From a virus (lineage: Duplodnaviria > Caudoviricetes), in the IMG/VR virus record IMGVR_UViG_3300011971_000004, positions 1-37,910 of that record: 37,910 nt of DNA, one strand, 5' to 3'. Below, one piece after another: positions 27,630 through 35,180 of this stretch. Below the pieces are notes generated by a model. The model worked only from the letters and a program-made list of their open reading frames with translations, did not search any database and was not told the DNA's origin. The position numbers and the translations under genes were made by a program. Numbering within the stretch: position 1 is the first letter of the stretch; the number at the start of each line of letters is the position of its first letter.

Positions 27630-28612
27630 TTCAATTGTTCAGTCTCTACAATGGGGCCGTAACCAACATAACAAACGTAGTTAAAAGTATAAGTTGCTCG
27701 GGAGACAAGGCACAAGCGGCAAGAAAGCTAGACGTAACGCTGGCGTATCCAATTTGGGACCGTAACCAACCAAGAACGCAGATAGCACCAGGAACCAAGG
27801 TGTGGTTGCTGTTTGATGGAAAAGAGATATTCAGAGGGATAGCATGGGAACGAGAAATAAACTCAGCCAGCGAGGAACTAACCTTCCCGGCCTACGATTA
27901 TTTAATCTATCTGACCAAATCAAAGGTTACCTTTAATTTTTCAAACATCACTCCCGAAGATGCAACGAGAGAGATATGTGCAGAACTTGGGATAGATATT
28001 GGCGATATTGCGTCCGCTGGAATCAAGGTAAACAGGCTCATTGCCCAAAAGACAGGCTATGAAGCCATTATGGAAATGTATACTCAAGCGTCGAAAACGA
28101 ACGGCAAGCAATACATTCCTATCATGGATGGAGCAAAAATATCTGTGATCGAAAAAGGCAAGGTTGTTGCTGATTATACCCTGCGTTCTAGGCTTGACGG
28201 AATTGGAAATAACATCTTGAGTGCAAGCTATCGTGACACGATGGATGGCATGATCAACAAGGTTAAAATCTACGACGACAAAAACAACTATACCGGAGAA
28301 GTCAGCAATGACGGTCAGATAAGTGATTACGGATTACTCCAAGACAACTACACCAAAGAGACTGACAAGGACAGCGTTACGGTCGCTAACGGAATGCTGA
28401 CAGGAATAAAGCAAGACGTGACTATTCCAGCTCTAGGGAATTGGGATTGCCGTACAGGATATGCCGTGAACACGGAAATATTTTATGTTAGCACCTTGCA
28501 AAATGCGGTGATGTTTATCAATGGAGATACCCACACGTGGGAGCCAGGAACTGGAAAGTATACGATGTCCTTAAACTTGAGTTTCGACAACAAAATGGAT
28601 AGTAAGGGGTGA
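27626..28612 (+). CDS. XkdQ/YqbQ-like baseplate hub
   Basis: SGDKAQAARKL..AYDYLIYL..NKVKI..YGLLQ..HTW..YTMSLNL. Confidence 0.88.
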   Translation: MIQLFSLYNGAVTNITNVVKSISCSGDKAQAARKLDVTLAYPIWDRNQPRTQIAPGTKVWLLFDGKEIFRGIAWEREINSASEELTFPAYDYLIYLTKSKVTFNFSNITPEDATREICAELGIDIGDIASAGIKVNRLIAQKTGYEAIMEMYTQASKTNGKQYIPIMDGAKISVIEKGKVVADYTLRSRLDGIGNNILSASYRDTMDGMINKVKIYDDKNNYTGEVSNDGQISDYGLLQDNYTKETDKDSVTVANGMLTGIKQDVTIPALGNWDCRTGYAVNTEIFYVSTLQNAVMFINGDTHTWEPGTGKYTMSLNLSFDNKMDSKG

Positions 28613-28613
28613 T

Positions 28614-28982
28614 ATTATCAAGAACCCATACAGCGGACTAATTAACCACATGAGAGAGCAAGGGGGAAAGAATAACACCCCTTATGTCCAAGAGGGAGTA
28701 GTTATTTCGGTAGACCCACTGACCATAAAACTGGGCGATTTGCAGATTGGCAAGGAAAACCTTTTAATTGCAGATTATTTGCTTCCTAACTATACGCGTA
28801 AAATAAGTATTCCGGCAACCATAGCCACAGGAAGTACAACTGAAGAAAGTATCACAAGCGTAGGTATACCGGACGGCGAAATTATTCTAACCGATGGTCT
28901 AAAAGACGGTGAAAGTGTGGCCTTAATACCAACGCTAGATGAACAGAAATATTTCGTGCTGGCAAGGGTGGTTAAGTTATGA
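28614..28982 (+). CDS. DUF2577 (XkdR-like) baseplate spike-region protein
   Basis: GVVISVDPLTI..LKDGESVALI..QKYFVL; the RBS suggests a start at ATT/ATC 28614/28617 rather than ATG 28650. Confidence 0.8.
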   Translation: MIKNPYSGLINHMREQGGKNNTPYVQEGVVISVDPLTIKLGDLQIGKENLLIADYLLPNYTRKISIPATIATGSTTEESITSVGIPDGEIILTDGLKDGESVALIPTLDEQKYFVLARVVKL

Positions 28983-29416
28983 GCATATTCCCCTTGGAAA
29001 CTATAACGGTAAGTGGTGCGATTGCATCAACAGTGACTACATTGACCGAGTTACCACTCGCTAAGGAATACGCATGGGACTTTGAAAACAATGATTTCCT
29101 TCTTGTCGATGGAAAAAATGTGTTTGTAACGGGTAAAGAAGCGGTCAAGGTTTGGATATGGAACGTACTGCAGGTACCCTTGGGTAGATACAAAGCTTAT
29201 ACCTCTGATTATGGCCATCAATTCGAGACGCTAATAAACTACAACCTTTCAAAATCAGCATTAACCTCAGAAGCCGAACGTTTTTTGAAAGAAGCGTTGC
29301 TAATTAACCCATATATTACGGGTATTAAAAATATCGAGGTTAGCATTGATGGAAGCAAAGCAGATGTCAGCTTTACGGCAGACACGCTCTACGGGGAGGT
29401 GATTGTTAATGTTTAG
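28979..29416 (+). CDS. DUF2634 (XkdS-like) baseplate wedge protein
   Basis: EYAWDFE..EAVKVWI..RYKAYTSDYG..EALLINPYI..TLYGEV. Confidence 0.9.
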   Translation: MSIFPLETITVSGAIASTVTTLTELPLAKEYAWDFENNDFLLVDGKNVFVTGKEAVKVWIWNVLQVPLGRYKAYTSDYGHQFETLINYNLSKSALTSEAERFLKEALLINPYITGIKNIEVSIDGSKADVSFTADTLYGEVIVNV

Positions 29417-30470
29417 CGAACCAAGCCCGACAATATTAAACAGAATGCTGGGCAATGTTCCTTCTGACGTTGACATTTCTCAGGGATCTGCAGTCTATAA
29501 TGCTCTTTCTCCTGTAAGCCAAGAGGTCTCGCTAAGCGAATTGAAACTTGATGAAGTACTCAAGATAGTGTTCGCCGAAACCGCAGCAGAGAACGGTTAT
29601 TCAGCAGAACTCGAATTGAAGTGTAGCGAGTTTGGGGTAACGAGAAAACCCGGAACATACGCAACCGGGCAAGTTACTTTCTCAGGAGTAGAGACAACCC
29701 CTATTCCACTAGGGACAACGGTTCAGACTCCTGGCGGATCTCGGCACGCTACTACAACGGCTGGTGTAATTACAAGTGGAATTGCAACGGTCTCCATACA
29801 GTCCGTAGGAGTTGGAGTGTCTTACAACGTCCCATCAAATACAGTTATTCAAATCCCAACAGCGATAAGCGGAATCACCGGAGTTAATAACTCAAGCATT
29901 ATTACTGGCGGTACAGAAGTCGAAACGGATGACGCCTTGCTCCAAAGACTATTGGTCAAAGTTCGTAACCCTGCAACCTCTGGAAACTCGGCTCACTATT
30001 TACAATGGTCCCTAGAAGTACCGGGAATAGGATCGGCTAAGGTATTTCCCTTGTGGGATGGAAGCGGAACAGTCAAGGTGTGTGCCATAGATAGCGATAT
30101 GCAACCACTTTCAGAGCCATTGGTTACGGCTCTAGGTACCTATGTAGAGAGTGTTCGTCCCATTGGGGCAACGGTGACCTACGAGAGTGCAGAAGCATTG
30201 CCTATCGATCTGAGCGCGAACGTCACAAGGGATACGGCATATACCGAGGCGCAAATTCAGGCGGCGGTAATAATTGCAATTACGAACTATCTAAAAAGCA
30301 TTGCATTTAAACAAAGCTATGTAAGTTATGCAGTCATCGGCTCCGCTATTCTTGGCACTTTTGGAGTCTTGGATTACGACACGTTAGTTGTGAATGGTGG
30401 CACGGCTAATGTAGTAATCGGGGATGAACAGGTAGCGATAATCGGGACGGTGACAGTCGTTGCTCCTTAA
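29409..30470 (+). CDS. Baseplate J (XkdT-like)
   Basis: GVTRKP..ATG.VTF, GGTEVETDDALLQR, SGNSAHY..W, RPIGA. Confidence 0.93.
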   Translation: MFSEPSPTILNRMLGNVPSDVDISQGSAVYNALSPVSQEVSLSELKLDEVLKIVFAETAAENGYSAELELKCSEFGVTRKPGTYATGQVTFSGVETTPIPLGTTVQTPGGSRHATTTAGVITSGIATVSIQSVGVGVSYNVPSNTVIQIPTAISGITGVNNSSIITGGTEVETDDALLQRLLVKVRNPATSGNSAHYLQWSLEVPGIGSAKVFPLWDGSGTVKVCAIDSDMQPLSEPLVTALGTYVESVRPIGATVTYESAEALPIDLSANVTRDTAYTEAQIQAAVIIAITNYLKSIAFKQSYVSYAVIGSAILGTFGVLDYDTLVVNGGTANVVIGDEQVAIIGTVTVVAP

Positions 30471-30987
30471 AGATTACCTGCCACCAAATTTAACGAGTAC
30501 CGATATTTTCAAAGCTATCTTAAGCCAAGAACAACTAGAAGTTGATGGTATAAATAATTCTATCCGAGGCATTATTGATCAATGTTTTGTAGATACAGCA
30601 ACGTGGGGCCTTGACTATTGGGAGAGTTTTCTCGGGATTGTCACGGATCACGCCAAGGACGAAGCTTATAGACGGACTGTCATTAAGGCCAAGATCAGGG
30701 GATCTGGTACTGTAACCGTCCAATTAATCGAGAATGTTGCAAATAGTTTTGCTAATGGTTCGGTTGCAGTAATTGAGCATTCAACAATTTACAGCTTTGA
30801 GATTAAATTTACAAGTGCAAAGGGTATCCCTCCTAATTTGTTGGATCTCCAAAACGCAATTGAGCAAATAAAACCCGCTCATTTGGCGGTTACTTATACA
30901 TTTACTTATAACACAAATGCCATGTTAAGCGCCTACACTCACGACCAATTAAGCGTCTATACCCATGACCAATTAAAAACAATCTAG
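30460..30987 (+). CDS. DUF2313 (XkdU/YmfQ-like) baseplate protein
   Basis: QCFVDTATWGLDYWE..RR..IKAK.RG.GT..IKPAHL. Confidence 0.9.
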   Translation: MLLKDYLPPNLTSTDIFKAILSQEQLEVDGINNSIRGIIDQCFVDTATWGLDYWESFLGIVTDHAKDEAYRRTVIKAKIRGSGTVTVQLIENVANSFANGSVAVIEHSTIYSFEIKFTSAKGIPPNLLDLQNAIEQIKPAHLAVTYTFTYNTNAMLSAYTHDQLSVYTHDQLKTI

Positions 30988-30998
30988 GAGGTGGTTAG

Positions 30999-32561
30999 GT
31001 GTCTGATATTACAGTTAATTATGGCCTTGTGAAACCTTTGGGGACAGAAAACTATGACGTGAATATACCAAACGCGAACATGGATATTATCGATGGGCAA
31101 TTAAAAACTAATTCAATCGCAATTGCAACCAAGGCAAGCGCCTCTGATTTAGTAGCAACCAACGCTGACCTTACTGCGCATTTGGCGGATTCTGCGTATC
31201 AAGTCGCAGGAGGAACGGCAACCGCTATAACGCTAACAACCGCAGCTTTAACTGATGGGTATGCTAAAACTTTTGTTGCTTTAGCCAACAACAGCGGATC
31301 AGCAACAACCATAAATACTAAACCACTGTATAAGCCAAACACAACGACTGCCCCAAATCTCATCGCCGGAAAAGCGTATACAGTCTGGTACAACTTAGCA
31401 GGTAATTGTTTTTTTATCAAAGCTAGTGCAGAGGGAAATACCGTTGTTGGACATGTACTAGCAGGAGATACGTTCAGCAACGACAGTGACACTGGGTTAG
31501 TTGGAACGATGCCAGAACAAGGCTCACCAACAATCACGCCATCCAGCGCAGGTGATATAGCTATTACGGCAGGGCATTACACAGGAGGGACTGTTAAAAA
31601 GGCATATGCTGTGGGCTCTGCAATTACAGATAATAGTTTAGTGATTACTTCTGGGGGGTTAGGTGTTCAAGTTTGGGCTTTAACAGATGTAGGGTACGGT
31701 CAATCCATAGCGGTTGATTCGTCTGGTAATGTATATGTAACTTATGGCAATTCGGCAGGGACAACTGTTGTAAGAAAACTGAACTCATCGGGTGCTCAGA
31801 TATGGGCGCTAACAGATGTTGGCACACCTACTGGCATAGCGGTAGATACTTCTGGTAATGTATATGTGGTCTATCAGGCAGCGAATGTAGTTAGAAAATT
31901 AAACTCATCGGGAACTCAAGTCTGGTCATTAAGCGATGTAACAAAACCCACTAGCATAGCAGTTGATTCATCATTTAATGTCTATGTGGCTTATTATAAT
32001 GTAAGCGGGACAACAACGGTAAGGAAAATGGACTCAACAGGCGCACAGATATGGGCATCCAGTGATGTAGGATATGGTCAATCAATATCCGTAGATACTT
32101 CTGGTAATGTATATGTGGCTTACAACAATACAGCAGGCACAACTAGCGTAAGAAAACTGAACTCATCAGGAACTTCAGTTTGGTCTATTTCCGATGTGAG
32201 TACCCCCAGAGGCATAGCGGTTGATTCGTCTGGTAATGTATATGTAACTTACTACGGCTCAGGGAAAACGGTGAGAAAGTTAAATCCATCTGGAGTTGAG
32301 ATTTGGTCATTGAGTGATGTGGCGAATGGCCTAAATGTCGCTGTAGATTCATATGGTAGTATTTATGTCACGAACACATCAAATTCGGTAAGAAAATTAA
32401 ACTCATCAGGAACTAAAGTATGGGGGTTAACAGATGTTGCAAGTCCCGTTGGTATAGCAGTAGATACTTCGAGCATTGTCTACGTCGCATATAGTAATGG
32501 CGTGGGAACAACTAGTGTAAGAAAGCTGTATGGCACAATCAATTATTCTGTAACTTCATAA
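30999..32561 (+). CDS. Tail fibre / receptor-binding protein with a C-terminal 7-bladed beta-propeller
   Basis: N-terminal NYGLVKP..ENYDV..NANMDIID, AHLAD junction, seven W.L.DV....IAVD.SGNVYV....VRKLNSSG repeats. Confidence 0.88.
   Translation: MSDITVNYGLVKPLGTENYDVNIPNANMDIIDGQLKTNSIAIATKASASDLVATNADLTAHLADSAYQVAGGTATAITLTTAALTDGYAKTFVALANNSGSATTINTKPLYKPNTTTAPNLIAGKAYTVWYNLAGNCFFIKASAEGNTVVGHVLAGDTFSNDSDTGLVGTMPEQGSPTITPSSAGDIAITAGHYTGGTVKKAYAVGSAITDNSLVITSGGLGVQVWALTDVGYGQSIAVDSSGNVYVTYGNSAGTTVVRKLNSSGAQIWALTDVGTPTGIAVDTSGNVYVVYQAANVVRKLNSSGTQVWSLSDVTKPTSIAVDSSFNVYVAYYNVSGTTTVRKMDSTGAQIWASSDVGYGQSISVDTSGNVYVAYNNTAGTTSVRKLNSSGTSVWSISDVSTPRGIAVDSSGNVYVTYYGSGKTVRKLNPSGVEIWSLSDVANGLNVAVDSYGSIYVTNTSNSVRKLNSSGTKVWGLTDVASPVGIAVDTSSIVYVAYSNGVGTTSVRKLYGTINYSVTS
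31170..31202 (+). repeat. Putative recombination site L inside the tail fibre gene
   Basis: CTTACT-gcgcatttg-GCG-gattct-GCGTAT-cAA; inverted counterpart at 33030-33062. Confidence 0.55.
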
Positions 32562-32574
32562 AGGGGGAAATAAA

Positions 32575-32895
32575 ATGATATTTTTGGGAAATTTGACAAT
32601 TATTTATTCAACAAAATCACAAGTAGGAATGATCCACAATATGCCGTTAGACCCCGTTAATGGAATGAACATGACTCAAGCACAATTAGAGGCCATAGGT
32701 ATCTTGGTCGATTCAATTCCAGAGCCACAACCCCCAACAGGGGAACAGGTTTCAGGGATGTTTGTTGACCCAACCACAAAGACTGTAACTTATGAATACG
32801 CAACTCCACCCGCTACACCTGAACAACAGCTTGCAGATTTGCAGTCTCAGAACGCTCAAATGATTCTAGATCTTGTGACAGGAGGTTTGATGTAA
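32575..32895 (+). CDS. Tail fibre-associated protein (XkdW-like position)
   Basis: 106 aa, ends in a PEQQLADLQSQNAQMILDL coil; lies between fibre and xkdX. Confidence 0.75.
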   Translation: MIFLGNLTIIYSTKSQVGMIHNMPLDPVNGMNMTQAQLEAIGILVDSIPEPQPPTGEQVSGMFVDPTTKTVTYEYATPPATPEQQLADLQSQNAQMILDLVTGGLM

Positions 32896-33033
32896 ATGGA
32901 TTGGGTTAAAATTTGTACTAACTATTATAAAGCTGGATACTACAATGACACATCGTTAAAAACTTTCGTGGTAAAAGGCAAAATTACAGAAGCAGATTAT
33001 CTAGCAATTACAGGAATTACTTACGTTGCTTAA
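32896..33033 (+). CDS. XkdX family protein (45 aa), absent from the ORF track
   Basis: MDWVKICTNYYKAGYY...FVVKGKITEADYLAITG; GGAGG RBS. Confidence 0.88.
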   Translation: MDWVKICTNYYKAGYYNDTSLKTFVVKGKITEADYLAITGITYVA

Positions 33034-33062
33034 TACGCTATAGACGCATGTAGTTGAGTAAG
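33030..33062 (-). repeat. Putative recombination site R, inverted relative to site L
   Basis: Minus strand CTTACT-caactacat-GCG-tctata-GCGTAT-tAA. Confidence 0.55.
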
Positions 33063-33080
33063 CAAACCATAAAAATGGCA

Positions 33081-33106
33081 TAAAAAGAACGCCCCGAAAG
33101 GCGTTA
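33081..33106 (-). terminator. Intrinsic terminator of the recombinase gene
   Basis: AACGCC-CCGAAA-GGCGTT with an A-tract on the plus strand (U-tract on minus). Confidence 0.7.
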
Positions 33107-34111
33107 TTGGACTAAGTATTGGTGATGAGATTGTTTCCGTTTTTCGTCGGTCAGGTTTGTATAAATCATAGTCGTGGCTGGATCAGAATGGCCTAGTAGT
33201 GCCTGTACAGCTACCAACTCAGCGCCGTTATTTAACATCAAAGTTGCGAAGGTGTGTCTAAATATATGGGGATGGACGTTTTTCACTACTCCGGAACGAC
33301 CCGCAATGATCTTAATTGATCGCTGGATCCCATTGCCCGATAGCCTCCGATAAGGCTGTCGCTCGGTGATAAACAATGCGTCTACGTTGTCCGTTCTCCG
33401 CATGAGGTATTTTCGCAAATGATACATGGCTTTAAAACTAAAATATACTGCCCGCTCCTTATTTCCCTTGCCAACCACCAAAACTGACATAGCTTGATAG
33501 TCTATGCTGTTACGGTTCATTTGCTGTATTTCAGATAGCCGGCCACCTGTAGCATATAGGACCTCGACCAAGGCTCTTTCTCTTGGCGTGATACAAGCTT
33601 CTCTTATCATTTCTAGTTCTTCGATAGTCAATGCCTTAGGAACTCGTTGTTCCTTCCTTAATGGCCTGATTCTCTTAGTAGGATCTCTGAGGATAATCTC
33701 CTCGTTGGCAAGCCAGCCGAACATGCTTTTGAGAACAGATAAGCGGCGCGAGAGTGACGATGTTTTAAGATGTCCGAACTCGCCCAGGTAGATGCGGAGA
33801 TCCGCTGTGGTGATTTCGCTAGTCGCTTTTTGAACGTATTTAGCAAGGATCTTTAACTCCAATGCGTAGCTATCCAAAGTTATTTTGCTTAGACCCTCAA
33901 GACGTTTTCCGGCTAGGAATAGATTAATCTTTTGCTGTAAGTCGGGGTTCCCACTGGCTATCAAGGCGGGTTTAATATCGTATTGAGTAAGAATTATGGA
34001 AAGAGCTTGTTTAAGTTCTGACTTGTCGTCTTTAGTACTAAACGTTGCAATGGAGCTCATCGTCTGATCTAGTAGGACTTCGGCGGTTGAGCTAAGGGGA
34101 TGTTCTAACAT
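33104..34111 (-). CDS. Second tyrosine recombinase (XerC/D-like), tail-fibre associated
   Basis: Intact R (TGGRLSE), K (GKGNKER), HxxR (HIFRH), H (LGHS), Y (TMIY). Confidence 0.93.
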   Translation of the reverse strand: MLEHPLSSTAEVLLDQTMSSIATFSTKDDKSELKQALSIILTQYDIKPALIASGNPDLQQKINLFLAGKRLEGLSKITLDSYALELKILAKYVQKATSEITTADLRIYLGEFGHLKTSSLSRRLSVLKSMFGWLANEEIILRDPTKRIRPLRKEQRVPKALTIEELEMIREACITPRERALVEVLYATGGRLSEIQQMNRNSIDYQAMSVLVVGKGNKERAVYFSFKAMYHLRKYLMRRTDNVDALFITERQPYRRLSGNGIQRSIKIIAGRSGVVKNVHPHIFRHTFATLMLNNGAELVAVQALLGHSDPATTMIYTNLTDEKRKQSHHQYLVQ

Positions 34112-34133
34112 AAGTACGCTTCTTTCTTTTGCT

Positions 34134-34222
34134 CGGAGCGCCTGTTATAATATCAATAAGACGCTCCGGCGTTTTACTATAAGCACTCGTTCAATGCTGG
34201 CCGGCGGAGACGAGTGCTTTCC
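34134..34222 (+). ncRNA. Putative antisense sRNA in the recombinase leader
   Basis: Extended -10 TGTTATAAT (34143-34151) inside a CGGAGCG/CGCTCCG inverted repeat; 10-bp hairpin AAGCACTCGT/ACGAGTGCTT. Confidence 0.4.
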
Positions 34223-34380
34223 TGTTGCTCACAAACTCGATGAGTAAACATCCATTTTTCTAAGGGCTTTGAGTAGTAGTATTCCTTGCCACATTTACTA
34301 CAAATGCAGTTATAATATTTTTGATCCTTTGCGGTAATTCCGCAGCAAGTTAATTGTTTCAAGCCAATCGTTCCCTTCAT
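34177..34380 (-). CDS. Possible small Cys-rich protein
   Basis: CC..CxCxxC ORF; no clear RBS. Confidence 0.3.
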   Translation of the reverse strand: MKGTIGLKQLTCCGITAKDQKYYNCICSKCGKEYYYSKPLEKWMFTHRVCEQQESTRLRRPALNECL

Positions 34381-34408
34381 GCCGATATTAGCCCAGGACG
34401 GCCTATAA

Positions 34409-34696
34409 TTATTCGGGCTTAACTTTCCTTGGCCTTCCGCCAAGCTTTCCGTTTTCTCGGGACGCTGAGGACTTTGCTTCTGTTTTGGCAGATCCGCCAA
34501 GTTTGCCCATTTTAGATGCGGTAACATTGAGGTTACAACCTATTAGGTATCTAGGATCAGCATCCAATTTTTCAATCATCAAATCTAATACTTTTTGAAA
34601 TGAACGAATTTGGGTATCGGTAAATCCTTCTGTTGGATCAGTCGTCCAATCTTGAAGAATGCCCATAATGTGACTGTACAATCTTTCGTAATCCAT
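34409..34696 (-). CDS. Hypothetical protein with basic GKLGG...GGRPRK (AT-hook-like) tail
   Basis: AAGGGGG RBS; own consensus promoter. Confidence 0.8.
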   Translation of the reverse strand: MDYERLYSHIMGILQDWTTDPTEGFTDTQIRSFQKVLDLMIEKLDADPRYLIGCNLNVTASKMGKLGGSAKTEAKSSASRENGKLGGRPRKVKPE

Positions 34697-34729
34697 GGCG
34701 TTTCCCCCTTGTTTTTTTCATCTTAACTT

Positions 34730-34758
34730 ATTATAACCTAAACGCTTAGGTTATTCAA
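34730..34758 (-). promoter_or_regulatory. Sigma-A promoter with a palindromic operator in its spacer
   Basis: TTGAAT-17-TATAAT on the minus strand; ATAACCTAA-ACGC-TTAGGTTAT at 34733-34754. Confidence 0.75.
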
Positions 34759-34834
34759 TAGCTAAAAGAGAATATTTCAAGTTTATTTTACCGTCAATAC
34801 GACGGCTATTTTTATGCCTAAAAGGAGAGAGTAG

Positions 34835-34975
34835 ATGATTAGTTCAGAGCGTGATCCGCCATTGAGCCGCAGAGGCTTATTTTTTATGGGTTTTATGAAG
34901 AGGGGCGAAGGCCAGAGAGAAGGTGGATGTCCATGGATGCAGATACAGCAATTGCGGTACTCCAAGAGCGTGTAA
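34835..34975 (+). CDS. Putative leader peptide (MISSERDPP...) upstream of the lysis genes
   Basis: AAAAGGAG RBS, ATG 34835; RDPP codons directly precede a terminator hairpin. Confidence 0.4.
   Translation: MISSERDPPLSRRGLFFMGFMKRGEGQREGGCPWMQIQQLRYSKSV
34863..34885 (+). terminator. Terminator/attenuator upstream of the lysis cassette
   Basis: TGAGCC-GCAGA-GGCTTA-TTTTTT. Confidence 0.6.
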
Positions 34976-35163
34976 AGTTTTTAGAGGGACAAATTAGTGC
35001 CATCCAATGTGATGTCCGAGACAAATTCGAGCGAGTGGAGGCCAAGCTAGACACAGCCCTTGCAGCAATACAGGCCGGCAGACCTACGTGGTCAATCGCT
35101 TTGCTTATAGCGGGCCTAATGACGGTCTGCACAGGCTTGATTGTTTACATGGCCACGCATTAA
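34927..35163 (+). CDS. XhlA-like holin/lysis protein
   Basis: N-terminal coiled coil and one C-terminal TM helix; upstream of the endolysin. Confidence 0.7.
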   Translation: MSMDADTAIAVLQERVKFLEGQISAIQCDVRDKFERVEAKLDTALAAIQAGRPTWSIALLIAGLMTVCTGLIVYMATH

Positions 35164-35180
35164 AGGAGGGGTGAAATTAA

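Noticed and set aside
30925-30975. 24-bp tandem repeat
   Set aside because: Simple LSxYTHDQ peptide duplication at the C-terminus of the baseplate protein; no sign of a separate function.
31199-31827. Alternative tail-fibre cassette on the minus strand (ORFs 31199-31537 and 31645-31827)
   Set aside because: These are shadow ORFs of the fibre gene; neither starts at site R, where the inverted frame hits TAA immediately.
31668-32533. Diversity-generating retroelement TR/VR pair in the tail fibre
   Set aside because: No reverse transcriptase in the genome; repeats are in-frame propeller blades and the differences are not adenine-specific.
34487-34500. Third recombination site (GCAGATCCGCCAA resembles the reverse complement of the site L centre)
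   Set aside because: Needs a gap, lacks the CTTACT and GCGTAT blocks, and is explained by the LGGSA codons of ORF 34409-34696.
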